Assembly (NCBI GenBank): GCA_048882385.1
Contig: JBHLRQ010000011.1
Span: forward strand, 1-51,483
Reading direction: 5' to 3'
DNA length: 51,483 bases
DNA from: Candidatus Thorarchaeota archaeon
GTDB taxonomy: Archaea > Asgardarchaeota > Thorarchaeia > Thorarchaeales > Thorarchaeaceae
The notes beneath the pieces were generated by a model, which saw only the letters and a program-made list of their open reading frames with translations, had not been told where the DNA came from and made no database searches. Numbering within the stretch: position 1 is the stretch's first letter; each line of letters begins with the position of its first letter. Shown here in pieces: positions 18,387-27,582 of this stretch. A program made the translations under genes and the position numbers.

Positions 18387-19190
18387 TCACTCTTTCTTTT
18401 TTGAACCAATTATACTCCATAGAATAGATATTCCAAAGAGGAATCCAATGACTGTTGTTACACCCCACTCTATCTGAAAGATTTCTGGTGAAATAACTGA
18501 GTCAATTGGAAAACGAGGGAACACTAAATAAGCAATCATATTCCAGACAAAATGGAATGAGATTGGAACCCACAGTTTCCTCCCAGACCAGTAGTAGCTA
18601 AGCGAGAGTAGCACTCCTCCCAGAAACAGGTTGAGAGAATTTAGAATGATTAGATGAAATGGAACGCTATATGTTGCCCACCAACTAAAATGACCCAATG
18701 AAAAGAAAATGGAGCCAAGAAGGATTGCGTTTCGGCGTCCGGTAAGTTCCTCCATTCTTGTGAGGATGTATCCACGGTGGGCAAGTTCTTCAAACACTGC
18801 AGATGGAACAGTGATCATTAATTGATTGAGTATTAGATCAGTTGTGATTAGATCAAACTGTCTTAGTTGGCCTGCTCCGATAACTGCCAAACCTATGACT
18901 AATCCAGATGCAGCAACAGCTGCTACCGCGCCAATGATAACATGAGGAACAGTGTCTGTATCAAAATCGATGCCTAGCTCCGAGATGTATTTACCGCTAT
19001 CCCATATGACGAAAGCCCAGGTTACTCCGTAAATGAGGAAAAAAGTAAGGAAAAAGACCACGGAACCTATTAGCTGATATAATTCACCAACAAACAGGAT
19101 GCGAACAATAGGACCCATTAGAAAAATCAAAGTAATCAAAGACATGAAGAGGATTAATTTTAGCCATTTCAGCTGTCGGTCTTCATTCAT
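18387..19190 (-). CDS. CPBP (Abi/CAAX II) intramembrane metalloprotease
   Basis: EELAHRG, FSLGH, SFHFVWN. Confidence 0.9.
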   Translation of the reverse strand: MNEDRQLKWLKLILFMSLITLIFLMGPIVRILFVGELYQLIGSVVFFLTFFLIYGVTWAFVIWDSGKYISELGIDFDTDTVPHVIIGAVAAVAASGLVIGLAVIGAGQLRQFDLITTDLILNQLMITVPSAVFEELAHRGYILTRMEELTGRRNAILLGSIFFSLGHFSWWATYSVPFHLIILNSLNLFLGGVLLSLSYYWSGRKLWVPISFHFVWNMIAYLVFPRFPIDSVISPEIFQIEWGVTTVIGFLFGISILWSIIGSKKKE

Positions 19191-19386
19191 ATGGTACGCC
19201 CATTGGATTCGACTGAAAATCTTACCTAAATCTCATCCGGTGTAGGTCTATCAGAGAATATTGTATATGTAGTGCCAACTGATATAAGTAGGCGGCAATA
19301 TTCGCCCACCTAAGGCTATTAAGAGAGTAAGCTGCAGAATAGAATAGCTAATCGGAGGAAATTGCCTACGTCATGGAGGAGTATCC

Positions 19387-20538
19387 GTGAGTACAAGAAT
19401 AAGGAGCCTATTGCTGGAATTCGAAACAGACGAGGTTGGGAAACTAGCAAGAATGAATGTCAAAAACAAGACGGCATTGATCAAGGCGTTCTCCGATACT
19501 TCTGATATTGTAAGAGAACGAGCTCTAATCGCATCAATAGACCTTGCAGACCCCGAAGTAGTAACCGACGTGGCAAAGGCTCTAGACGATGATGTGACTG
19601 ACGTACGAATAGCTGCAGCACAATCTCTTGCTTTCTATCATCAACCTAGAACAATTCCAGTTCTATTCAAGGGACTCAAAGATGATAGTACTTGGGTCAG
19701 ATCTCATTGTGCAGTCGGACTATCTAAACTATTGAATGGACCAATTTGGGCACGACTTCCAACTGAAGATATTGACAAGTTTCTGGATGATTTCCCTGAG
19801 ATGGCAGAAGAAGAAATCAATAGATTTCTCTCAAGCATCAAAATGAATGCCTCCGCTATTGATCGATATATGAATTGGCGTGGTAAGGGATTTGATATCG
19901 AAATTGATGTGACCACTGTTGTTGAAGAGCTTGAAAGCGCACCAATTTTCCTGTCTGAGGAGGCAGTTGCATCTGTTGATGTTTCCAAACGAACAGGAGT
20001 TACTGACGAAGTTGAGGAGATCCTTAGTGAGCTTCCAGAAGAAATAATCTCCACCCTTCCACCTGAGGATATCAAAAGACTAACACCTGCATCAGCAAGA
20101 GAGCTTGTTCAAAAGCTAAAGGTATCAATTCCTTCTGCTGCACCAAAGAAGAAAAAGAAAGCTGTGAAAGTTCGTAAAGTCAAGAAGGTCAAAAAGAAAA
20201 AGAAACCCACTGAAATAGATGAACTGGTTGCGAAACTCCCTGCGGAAGTACGGAGTGAGATTGGAGATGAAACTCTCGCATCTTTGAGTGTAGAGGAACT
20301 AGAAGCATTGCTGGCATCGTCTCCGGAACCAGAAGAGCCGGAGCCGGAACCAGAACCAGAAGTTGAAGCACCTGATCCGAGGATGCAAACCTTCATTGAC
20401 AAATATGGAGAAGAGAAAGCACAGCTTCTAATCACTATTCCAGAAGTAATGCTGGAGGGTATTCCAGAGGAACAAATAGAGGAAATGGATCTAGAAACTT
20501 TGAAAGGTCTTACTCAAGCTCTAGAACCCCGAGAGTGA
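19387..20538 (+). CDS. HEAT-repeat (PBS-lyase type) protein with Lys-rich tract, (EP)n linker and acidic helical repeats
   Basis: LIKAFSDTSDIVRERA, ALDDDVTDVRIAAAQSL, GLKDDSTWVRSHCAVGL; PKKKKKAVKVRKVKKVKKKKKP; PEPEEPEPEPEPE; GGAGGAG RBS. Confidence 0.85.
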   Translation: MSTRIRSLLLEFETDEVGKLARMNVKNKTALIKAFSDTSDIVRERALIASIDLADPEVVTDVAKALDDDVTDVRIAAAQSLAFYHQPRTIPVLFKGLKDDSTWVRSHCAVGLSKLLNGPIWARLPTEDIDKFLDDFPEMAEEEINRFLSSIKMNASAIDRYMNWRGKGFDIEIDVTTVVEELESAPIFLSEEAVASVDVSKRTGVTDEVEEILSELPEEIISTLPPEDIKRLTPASARELVQKLKVSIPSAAPKKKKKAVKVRKVKKVKKKKKPTEIDELVAKLPAEVRSEIGDETLASLSVEELEALLASSPEPEEPEPEPEPEVEAPDPRMQTFIDKYGEEKAQLLITIPEVMLEGIPEEQIEEMDLETLKGLTQALEPRE

Positions 20539-20539
20539 C

Positions 20540-21844
20540 TTATTCAGCACCACGAATGACAACTGCGAACTCACCAGCTAATTTGCCATACCACTCAAGA
20601 AGATCTCGCATATTATCTACATGACGATAACTGCCATTTCCATATTGCGCGATAGCAAGCATTAGCTCTTCATCAATCTCACTTCTTTCACCAAGACCTA
20701 TTGAGTAAATTACGAGCTTGCTTCGGTCTGTGAATCGTTCTTTTAGGACCTTTAAAGGTGGAGGTCCAGAAGTGGTCATTCCATCTGTGAGCATAATTAA
20801 CATTGTGGGTTTGTTTGGGTCACCAAACTCTTCCATTATCTCATGTGCCTTCGCAAGAGCTGAGCCCATGTCTGTTAGTGTACCACCTTCTTCAACCTTG
20901 TCAACGACATGCGTGCTAATTATCTGAAGGCCCAGCGCTTTTTCACGTCCAGTACATTCAACAAAGGGTTGAACCTCGCCGGATTCTGAGTTTAGAAATG
21001 TCATCTCACTGACTTCTTTCTCAAAAGTAATGACACCGACCTTCTCTCCATAACCCCGACCGACTTTTTCAGCAAGATAGAGCAAGACTGCCATTGCTGC
21101 AGCTTCAGCTCTACTAACATTTCTCCCTTCCTCAAATCGGTTGAGAAAGGCATGAACTTCTGGACTATCGCCTGCGAGATCCTTCAATCCTTCCCGAGCG
21201 TGAGCGATATCCTGAACAGGAACATCTGTAGTTTTCATCGAACCGCTCGTATCAACGCATAAAACTGCATTGAAAGGAGAGGCGATTCCAACAGTCTTGA
21301 ATTGGTAGCCAGTTCGTTCTCGTAGAGCTTCGAAGGCTAGTTTGGCAAAGGTTTTTCCTGCCAACGGAGGCTTTGTGTTGATTATTTCAACCTTCACAGC
21401 CAACTCGGGCCAATTAAAAGACATTCCAGGATAGACAAGTCTGCCTCCAATAATGTTCTCAAGTGATTTTACCCGTTCTGCAGCTCTCGAAACAAGATCT
21501 TCGGTGTTAGCATCTTCTGCCAAGGGTTTGAGACCAAACTCTACGTATTCTAGCGCTAGCATATCCTCATCATAGAGGGTTGCTTCAACTTGATCGCCTT
21601 CCATAAGTAATGATGCTTCCAGAACTAATGTATCAATGACAATCTGGTCCTCAGACACCTCGTTGCTTTTTCTAATCTCTGCGGCACCCCAGAAGCTACT
21701 CTGTGGATCTTCAAATATTACAATTGATCCTATGTCTGCATCAAGTTTCTTTGCAGTTTTAGGATGAAGATTAGCAAATCCTCTAAGGTCTCCGCCGTCG
21801 ATTATCTCCAAGGATAGTTTCTTGGTGATGGCTTTTGCCTCCAT
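20540..21844 (-). CDS. CDC48/NSF N-domain-like + vWA (intact MIDAS) protein
   Basis: GFANLHPKTAKKLDADIGSIV...QIVID...GDQV (double-psi barrel pattern), GRLVYPG...VEIINTKP (CDC48_2-like), CVDTSGSM, TDMGSAL, MLTDG, YSIGLG. Confidence 0.8.
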   Translation of the reverse strand: MEAKAITKKLSLEIIDGGDLRGFANLHPKTAKKLDADIGSIVIFEDPQSSFWGAAEIRKSNEVSEDQIVIDTLVLEASLLMEGDQVEATLYDEDMLALEYVEFGLKPLAEDANTEDLVSRAAERVKSLENIIGGRLVYPGMSFNWPELAVKVEIINTKPPLAGKTFAKLAFEALRERTGYQFKTVGIASPFNAVLCVDTSGSMKTTDVPVQDIAHAREGLKDLAGDSPEVHAFLNRFEEGRNVSRAEAAAMAVLLYLAEKVGRGYGEKVGVITFEKEVSEMTFLNSESGEVQPFVECTGREKALGLQIISTHVVDKVEEGGTLTDMGSALAKAHEIMEEFGDPNKPTMLIMLTDGMTTSGPPPLKVLKERFTDRSKLVIYSIGLGERSEIDEELMLAIAQYGNGSYRHVDNMRDLLEWYGKLAGEFAVVIRGAE

Positions 21845-21897
21845 AGTGCTATAGAATGTAACTCTAATTCTGATGTTATAAAGAATTGTGAGTCCGC

Positions 21898-23382
21898 TTA
21901 TGCCAAAAGTCGAAGTAAGTGGGTTTGTAACTCTTGTGATGATTCTAGTGTTATTGAATGGTCAGACAAAGATTTCTGTAGTACGAGTCCAATTTTCTGA
22001 GATGCATTTTCCAACGTATCAAGCTGTATCATTCCTTGAGTTGTCAACACCGTGCAGCTAAGGAGATTTCCTGGACGCCGTCGTATCCAGATATGGTATT
22101 CTTTAGGTTCATCCTTTAATGTCAGTGTTAAAACATAAGATTCCTGATGAATTCCATTTTCCCTAGCGCTATCGACGGTTTTGGGCTCAGGCCAAGTCCC
22201 TATTGGAGGAATCATGTAATCAAGTGAACATAGGTCCCATGTTCCTTTTTTCATAAGGCTAATGATCATTTCTTCGACTTCTCGTTGTATTTTTCGAGAG
22301 GTGTCTAAACAGATCAATTCACTTGGTGTTCCACTTGAACCTTTTGAAGTCCTATATGGAGAACGTAGTAAAGAGAGTGTGTTTCCTCCTAGAATTTTCT
22401 GCGCATCACCTAAGGTTCCAGGAAAATCTCTTGAGAGCAGATACATGATTATATCAAGAGCTTGAACAGACAGATAACTAAAATCAGTACCAAAGAGTAA
22501 TTTTTGGGACCATAATCGTAACCTGTCGCTAGCAGTTTCAAATAGAACTGGAACGTCTCGATCATGCAAGGTAGAGGTTTCACCAAATATTAGTGGGTCC
22601 TTTAAAGCTTCATAGAGGCGCGAATCACCAGGAGACATTCCACAATGAGCAAGAATGACCTTCAAACCTCTTAGAGCATCCCCGCATTCAGGATCGTTGC
22701 GCATCGAATCCACGAGTCTTTTGATTCTAACAACAGTCTTCATATTTCGTGTATCAAAGATAATTGGTAGACCAAGTTCTCCAGCACGTTTTACAACATT
22801 TCTGGTTGCCTCACCTTCAATTGAGTCTATGAATAACTGGGCAAGGGGATGAAGTTTGAGTCCCCTTAATCCGAGATTCTTCACACTCCTTTCAAGTTCC
22901 TTTACTGCAGCATCTCCATCATCTAGTGGATTAACCCTGGAAAAACCAATGAGCCTGGTTGAGTGAGGTGCTCTGCTTGTCCATGAAGCAATTTTGTCAT
23001 TTGAAATCTTGAATGAAGGGACTCCAGGTTCCTCTGGCGATGAATAATCATCCGTGTATGGAAAAACAACAGTTCTGTCAACCAACCAACCATGGTCTAA
23101 GCGATTCCAACTGTTGCGGCTCTTAAAAACACGAGTGGCTAAATCAGGAGCCCTGACATTTACAGGTTCGAAAAGTAGTTGATCATCATCCATCATTTTT
23201 TGTGATTGTTTTTGAATCTCAAACCAAAGAGATGCATAAAAATCGTAAGCACCAGCAGGAGTGTTTTTGTGTCCTTTTTCAAGGCCCATATGATGATGAG
23301 TATCTACGATATAGATAAAGAACTCGTCATCCTTCTTTATGCCTCGATTTGGTTGATCTTCAACAGCCCGGACTACAAGCAT
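21898..23382 (-). CDS. Metal-dependent amidohydrolase (Amidohydro_2-like TIM barrel) with a C-terminal extra domain
   Basis: VDTHHH, RLIGFSRVNP, LGLRGLKLHP, AHCG, LLFGTDF, KILGGN. Confidence 0.88.
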   Translation of the reverse strand: MLVVRAVEDQPNRGIKKDDEFFIYIVDTHHHMGLEKGHKNTPAGAYDFYASLWFEIQKQSQKMMDDDQLLFEPVNVRAPDLATRVFKSRNSWNRLDHGWLVDRTVVFPYTDDYSSPEEPGVPSFKISNDKIASWTSRAPHSTRLIGFSRVNPLDDGDAAVKELERSVKNLGLRGLKLHPLAQLFIDSIEGEATRNVVKRAGELGLPIIFDTRNMKTVVRIKRLVDSMRNDPECGDALRGLKVILAHCGMSPGDSRLYEALKDPLIFGETSTLHDRDVPVLFETASDRLRLWSQKLLFGTDFSYLSVQALDIIMYLLSRDFPGTLGDAQKILGGNTLSLLRSPYRTSKGSSGTPSELICLDTSRKIQREVEEMIISLMKKGTWDLCSLDYMIPPIGTWPEPKTVDSARENGIHQESYVLTLTLKDEPKEYHIWIRRRPGNLLSCTVLTTQGMIQLDTLENASQKIGLVLQKSLSDHSITLESSQELQTHLLRLLA

Positions 23383-23500
23383 GAATGAATTTCGTTATAT
23401 TTGTGTGATAAACTATTGCTTCAACTCAAGGTAGAAGTCAGCATTATGCATATATCAGCTACTGTCAACATTTTGCTAGTAAGCTCTGGAGCCCTGAAGG

Positions 23501-26158
23501 ATGATAGTTGTTGAAGACATTGAAGCAAATGAAATTCATCGCTTCGTTGTTATTGACACGTCATTGCAACTTGGTATCGTTAGAGCAGGGCAGGATATAC
23601 GAACTTTTGACCCAGACCGTGCGTTTTCATTCTATAATATGGTCGATAACCAGCTTAATGATTTTGCATCAGTGTACCCAGGTGCATTCAGGTATCTTCC
23701 AAGAAGAGCATATGACTATCTTCGAAAACCGCGTCTTCTGAGTGAGTTCTATCACGGATCTACTGCTACATCAGAATCAAGTTGGATAGCAGACTACCTT
23801 GTAGTTAAACCACTAATCAATCTTGGAGATACAGCCCTTCCAGTATTGCAGCAGGAAACGAATGCAAAATCAATCCACAGATGGGCTACAGTTCCACCTC
23901 ATAGTCCAAGATTATATCATCTTCAAGATATGAGACAGGGTCGTAGATCAGAGCAGGGATGGGGGTGCGTATTGCGGACAAATGATCTTCCAGTTGCTCT
24001 AAAAGGACCAAACAGAACAGATTTGCTAGACTACATCAAAACGAACAAGCCAATCTTCATTGAACTAGGTCCTAGTGATGAGCTAGATCCGTTGTTGGAA
24101 TGGCTGGTTCTCTTGAAGCAGGCGGGTTTGAAGACTCCGAATCTTGTTTTGGGGGCTAAGAATCACAAAGCATGGGGTAAGAACATAACTCGACTTCTTG
24201 ATGTCCCAGGAAGCAAGGTCTTGACATCCGGCGCGACCATATCTTCATTATCGACTCTTGTACGTCATATGCGAAAGACCCAAAGTGATGCAAACTGGTC
24301 AAAGAGATTAATATTCTCCTCAGCATATCCTGAAACTCAATTTGGCGACAGTATTTCAGAGATATTCAGTTATCTATTAAGCAGGAATTTAGCTGCAGAA
24401 CCGGAGGAAATACAGCGAATTCTAGGGGGCAATTTTCTAGCAATCACACCTCCTCGTCCTGCATTCCTTCAATATGATGAAAACAAGACATCCGTTGTTG
24501 CCGAGGAAAGCCTGGGAAAAGCAGCTATGAATGAGCTTGCAAGAATACTTCAGCTTCTGGATGCTCGAAAAAAACTTGGAATAGTATCGCTTGATCATAT
24601 GGTTGAAAATGATGGAGGAAGGATCTATCTGGATAGTTGTGTCCTAACACTAAAGAGTTCCAACTCACCCAACGCAATAAGTCTCGCTTTGTTACTTGAA
24701 AAGAATGGTTCTGTAATGTTTTCAGGATGGAAAAAAGCATTCTCAGAAAGTCTTCTTTCTAGAGACGGAATTCTTCTCGCAACACTGGTCCGTGCAAATG
24801 CCAAACTAGAAGGACCAATTTACGGTTCTCCAGCACACCTGACCCGTTTTAATCAAGCCCTCCTCACCTGTCTTCACGTGGACAAACCAAAGGAGGTGCT
24901 GTCAGCTCTTCATTTTGGTGTTGAGATTGCAAAATCTGAACCAGGTATATTCTTCATGTGCGAGAGCGATATGAAAGCGCTTGAGGTTTCAAGTGGGGAC
25001 TATCTTCTTGCTTTAGATGTCAATACTGGTCAATGGTGTACAGGCGTAACCAAAAAACATCCTCGTTGTGGTGAACGGTCAATAGTAGTTTCTGAATCTG
25101 ATGCATTTCTCTTCGGATTTCAAAATTCGACCATTGTGAATCTGGTTAGATATGAAGGAGAAATCACTGAAATCAAGGAAGCTGTATTCTCATACTATTC
25201 ACCTCAGCCATCAAGCAATGCCGAGTTGGCATCATTCATGCATTTGCATGAGAATCAAATTCGAGATTCTATAAAAGGTGTACTTGTGGGGGTTGATACT
25301 AGGCTGAATGTGGGACGAAATGAAAGCAAAGTTTCGATGAGAGTCAAGCATTCAAAACCTCAATTGCTTCCTGGGCAGGTTGGAAGAATAACTGATATTG
25401 GAACAGATTTCAAGCCCCATCAATCCTTCAGTGATTTCAATATAATTCTCTGTATCTCAAAAGGAATGAAGATGAAGACAAAGGATGTTTCTTTAAAAAC
25501 ACTGCAAACCGCCAAGACACAATTGAAACCCTTAGTAAGAATCGTTCCAGAACTTGAAACATTTCTTGATGGAATAAAAAGGACTTCATCAAGATCACAG
25601 ATTGCAGCATTGGCAGCTCTTATGATTGTAAACATGCTGATACACAATCGAACTGAAGGAAGATTAGCGCTTGTGACCTTCAATGAAATTCCAGAGAAAT
25701 TCTCTATCCAAAGAGGAAAGGAAGTACAATCTTTCATTGAATTCTACGAAGACCTTCAATCAGAAGAAGTCCTAATTTCATTGATTTACTCAATTATTGA
25801 TGCTGTTGAGGGAGTTGAAGGATTTGAGAACATGGCTGGAGCTTACCGCTCGATAGCAGAATACCTTGAAGACTTTGGACCAGAACGTCCAACAATAGCA
25901 CTCGTATTCAGTAACGGAGCTGGTTCCTTTGATGAGGAGCATATCTCGTTTCTTCGAGCGATATCAAAACAAGACCGGTACCGACTTGACATTCTAACCC
26001 TTGGGAAGAATGGAAACCAGAAATCTAGCCTCAGATTACTAAAAGGGCTGCATTCAAATTTGATTCCAATTGAAACGTTCTCAGCCTATACTTTTACAGG
26101 TTACTTTCTGGATTTAATTGAAAATCTTGTACCCAGAACTACAAGCCACCAGTCCTAA
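23501..26158 (+). CDS. Multidomain pseudoenzyme: degenerate amidohydrolase + accessory domain + CDC48-N-like + degenerate vWA
   Basis: Collinear similarity to the two divergent neighbours: YLLSRNL..EIQRILGGN vs YLLSRDF..DAQKILGGN; FNIILCISKGMKMKTKDV vs FNAVLCVDTSGSMKTTDV; SRSQIAALA vs SRAEAAAMA. Confidence 0.8.
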   Translation: MIVVEDIEANEIHRFVVIDTSLQLGIVRAGQDIRTFDPDRAFSFYNMVDNQLNDFASVYPGAFRYLPRRAYDYLRKPRLLSEFYHGSTATSESSWIADYLVVKPLINLGDTALPVLQQETNAKSIHRWATVPPHSPRLYHLQDMRQGRRSEQGWGCVLRTNDLPVALKGPNRTDLLDYIKTNKPIFIELGPSDELDPLLEWLVLLKQAGLKTPNLVLGAKNHKAWGKNITRLLDVPGSKVLTSGATISSLSTLVRHMRKTQSDANWSKRLIFSSAYPETQFGDSISEIFSYLLSRNLAAEPEEIQRILGGNFLAITPPRPAFLQYDENKTSVVAEESLGKAAMNELARILQLLDARKKLGIVSLDHMVENDGGRIYLDSCVLTLKSSNSPNAISLALLLEKNGSVMFSGWKKAFSESLLSRDGILLATLVRANAKLEGPIYGSPAHLTRFNQALLTCLHVDKPKEVLSALHFGVEIAKSEPGIFFMCESDMKALEVSSGDYLLALDVNTGQWCTGVTKKHPRCGERSIVVSESDAFLFGFQNSTIVNLVRYEGEITEIKEAVFSYYSPQPSSNAELASFMHLHENQIRDSIKGVLVGVDTRLNVGRNESKVSMRVKHSKPQLLPGQVGRITDIGTDFKPHQSFSDFNIILCISKGMKMKTKDVSLKTLQTAKTQLKPLVRIVPELETFLDGIKRTSSRSQIAALAALMIVNMLIHNRTEGRLALVTFNEIPEKFSIQRGKEVQSFIEFYEDLQSEEVLISLIYSIIDAVEGVEGFENMAGAYRSIAEYLEDFGPERPTIALVFSNGAGSFDEEHISFLRAISKQDRYRLDILTLGKNGNQKSSLRLLKGLHSNLIPIETFSAYTFTGYFLDLIENLVPRTTSHQS

Positions 26159-26405
26159 GACGGAATCCCATATGTTCAATAGCTGATACCCTCATTTCCA
26201 AATTATCAACTTCAATCTCTATACTATCCACAAGATTTTGAACGGAATTAATTCGAAACAAAATTTCCTGAAGATTGAATCCATCGGGGCTCTGAGATAT
26301 CTGGCCCTCTAGGAAAGTTGCACGACTATGTATTGTCTCTAGTGAAAGTACTTGTCTTTCTAGTATCCGGATTATTTTCGACAAGTTTTCGATTTCATCA
26401 TCCAT
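26139..26405 (-). CDS. Small coiled-coil protein (88 aa) ending RLRTGGL
   Basis: ATG at 26405 with AGGTGA RBS overlapping the upstream stop; heptad pattern; 3' end overlaps the convergent 885-aa gene by 20 nt. Confidence 0.7.
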   Translation of the reverse strand: MDDEIENLSKIIRILERQVLSLETIHSRATFLEGQISQSPDGFNLQEILFRINSVQNLVDSIEIEVDNLEMRVSAIEHMGFRLRTGGL

Positions 26406-26412
26406 ACCTGAA

Positions 26413-27582
26413 TCACCTGGAAGTACTAATCTTCTTAATCCGTTGCTCAAGCTCCAGTAATCTTTTCGTTAGTATTTCGATTCTATCAATATTTTCAGCA
26501 AGTCGGGTTTGTAATGCATCAAGGCTGCCTTTTTCGACAGTAGATGAACCTGATGTTGTATCGAATTTTGACTCTAAAACATCTAAACGTTTTTCAAAAT
26601 CAGAAAGACTCAATTTATCCAATCGACTTCTTAGAGATTCAAGACTCCTTTTCACATCATCTGAACTAAGCTCTTCTCTAGTAGATGCTGCCTTTTTTGG
26701 TTCTTGACTAACTCTAGCTTCTAGAACAACCTCTCTCATCTTTTTTGGTGGTCGAAAACTATCTCCAGGCACCATCCAGATTGGGACAAGATATTTTCTG
26801 GAGATCTCTTCAAGACCAACACCCGTGATACTCGCAAATGCGGCTATTCTTTGTGGCGAATCCCAGAAGCACACATCGATAATACCATCCTTAACAAAGA
26901 CACAAGCCACAATAGCAGATCGTATTCCTCTAAATAATTCAAGACCAGTAATCCATCGAGTAAGGAGAGCAGAGAAAATTGGGAGGTCTTTTGATGAGCC
27001 ATGGCGAATCAGGAGATCCTCAGAAGATCCTTCTTGAACAATAGCCTTGATCCACTCAGTCATTTTGGTACTCGCCTTTGGCAATGATAGCACTAAGACA
27101 TCATTCACAAGTTTCTCGTTCGTATCCATCCTCAACTGTTCTACATAATCGAGATTAGGCTCAACAAAACTCTTTGATACGTTCTTTCCAAGCCCATACT
27201 CAAGAAGAAATCGAATGATTTCAAGAGGTGATTGATTCTGAACTTGGAATGCAATGATAGACTGTGAATTCTTTTTTCCCAAGACCATAGCTACAAACTT
27301 GCTTTCAGTGAGACCCTTAGGACCTATTACAAGAATATTTGCAGCTCCGGGCGAACTCATATCTCTGACTAGTCTTGCAAACCTGTCTGCAGGTATAACT
27401 AGTGATTCTTGATTGTGTTTGTCACGAAGTTTTCCTTTCATACCCATTGAAAGAATACCTTGCTCAATCCATCCAGTCTTCATTGAATCTTCAGGAAGTT
27501 TGGAATAGATATATCCAGAAACTTCACCACTGTGATAAAGGGCTTGAAGTCTGGTCGATAGATCTTTACTAATCGATATCAC
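26413..27582 (-). CDS. Hypothetical protein, alpha/beta N-terminal region plus C-terminal coiled coil
   Basis: 389-aa ORF overlapping the upstream gene end; heptads in the last ~85 aa. Confidence 0.8.
   Translation of the reverse strand: MISISKDLSTRLQALYHSGEVSGYIYSKLPEDSMKTGWIEQGILSMGMKGKLRDKHNQESLVIPADRFARLVRDMSSPGAANILVIGPKGLTESKFVAMVLGKKNSQSIIAFQVQNQSPLEIIRFLLEYGLGKNVSKSFVEPNLDYVEQLRMDTNEKLVNDVLVLSLPKASTKMTEWIKAIVQEGSSEDLLIRHGSSKDLPIFSALLTRWITGLELFRGIRSAIVACVFVKDGIIDVCFWDSPQRIAAFASITGVGLEEISRKYLVPIWMVPGDSFRPPKKMREVVLEARVSQEPKKAASTREELSSDDVKRSLESLRSRLDKLSLSDFEKRLDVLESKFDTTSGSSTVEKGSLDALQTRLAENIDRIEILTKRLLELEQRIKKISTSR

Noticed and set aside
20323-20361. ccggaa/ccagaa tandem hexamers as a DNA repeat element
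   Set aside because: Explained by the (EP)n protein linker, with synonymous variation
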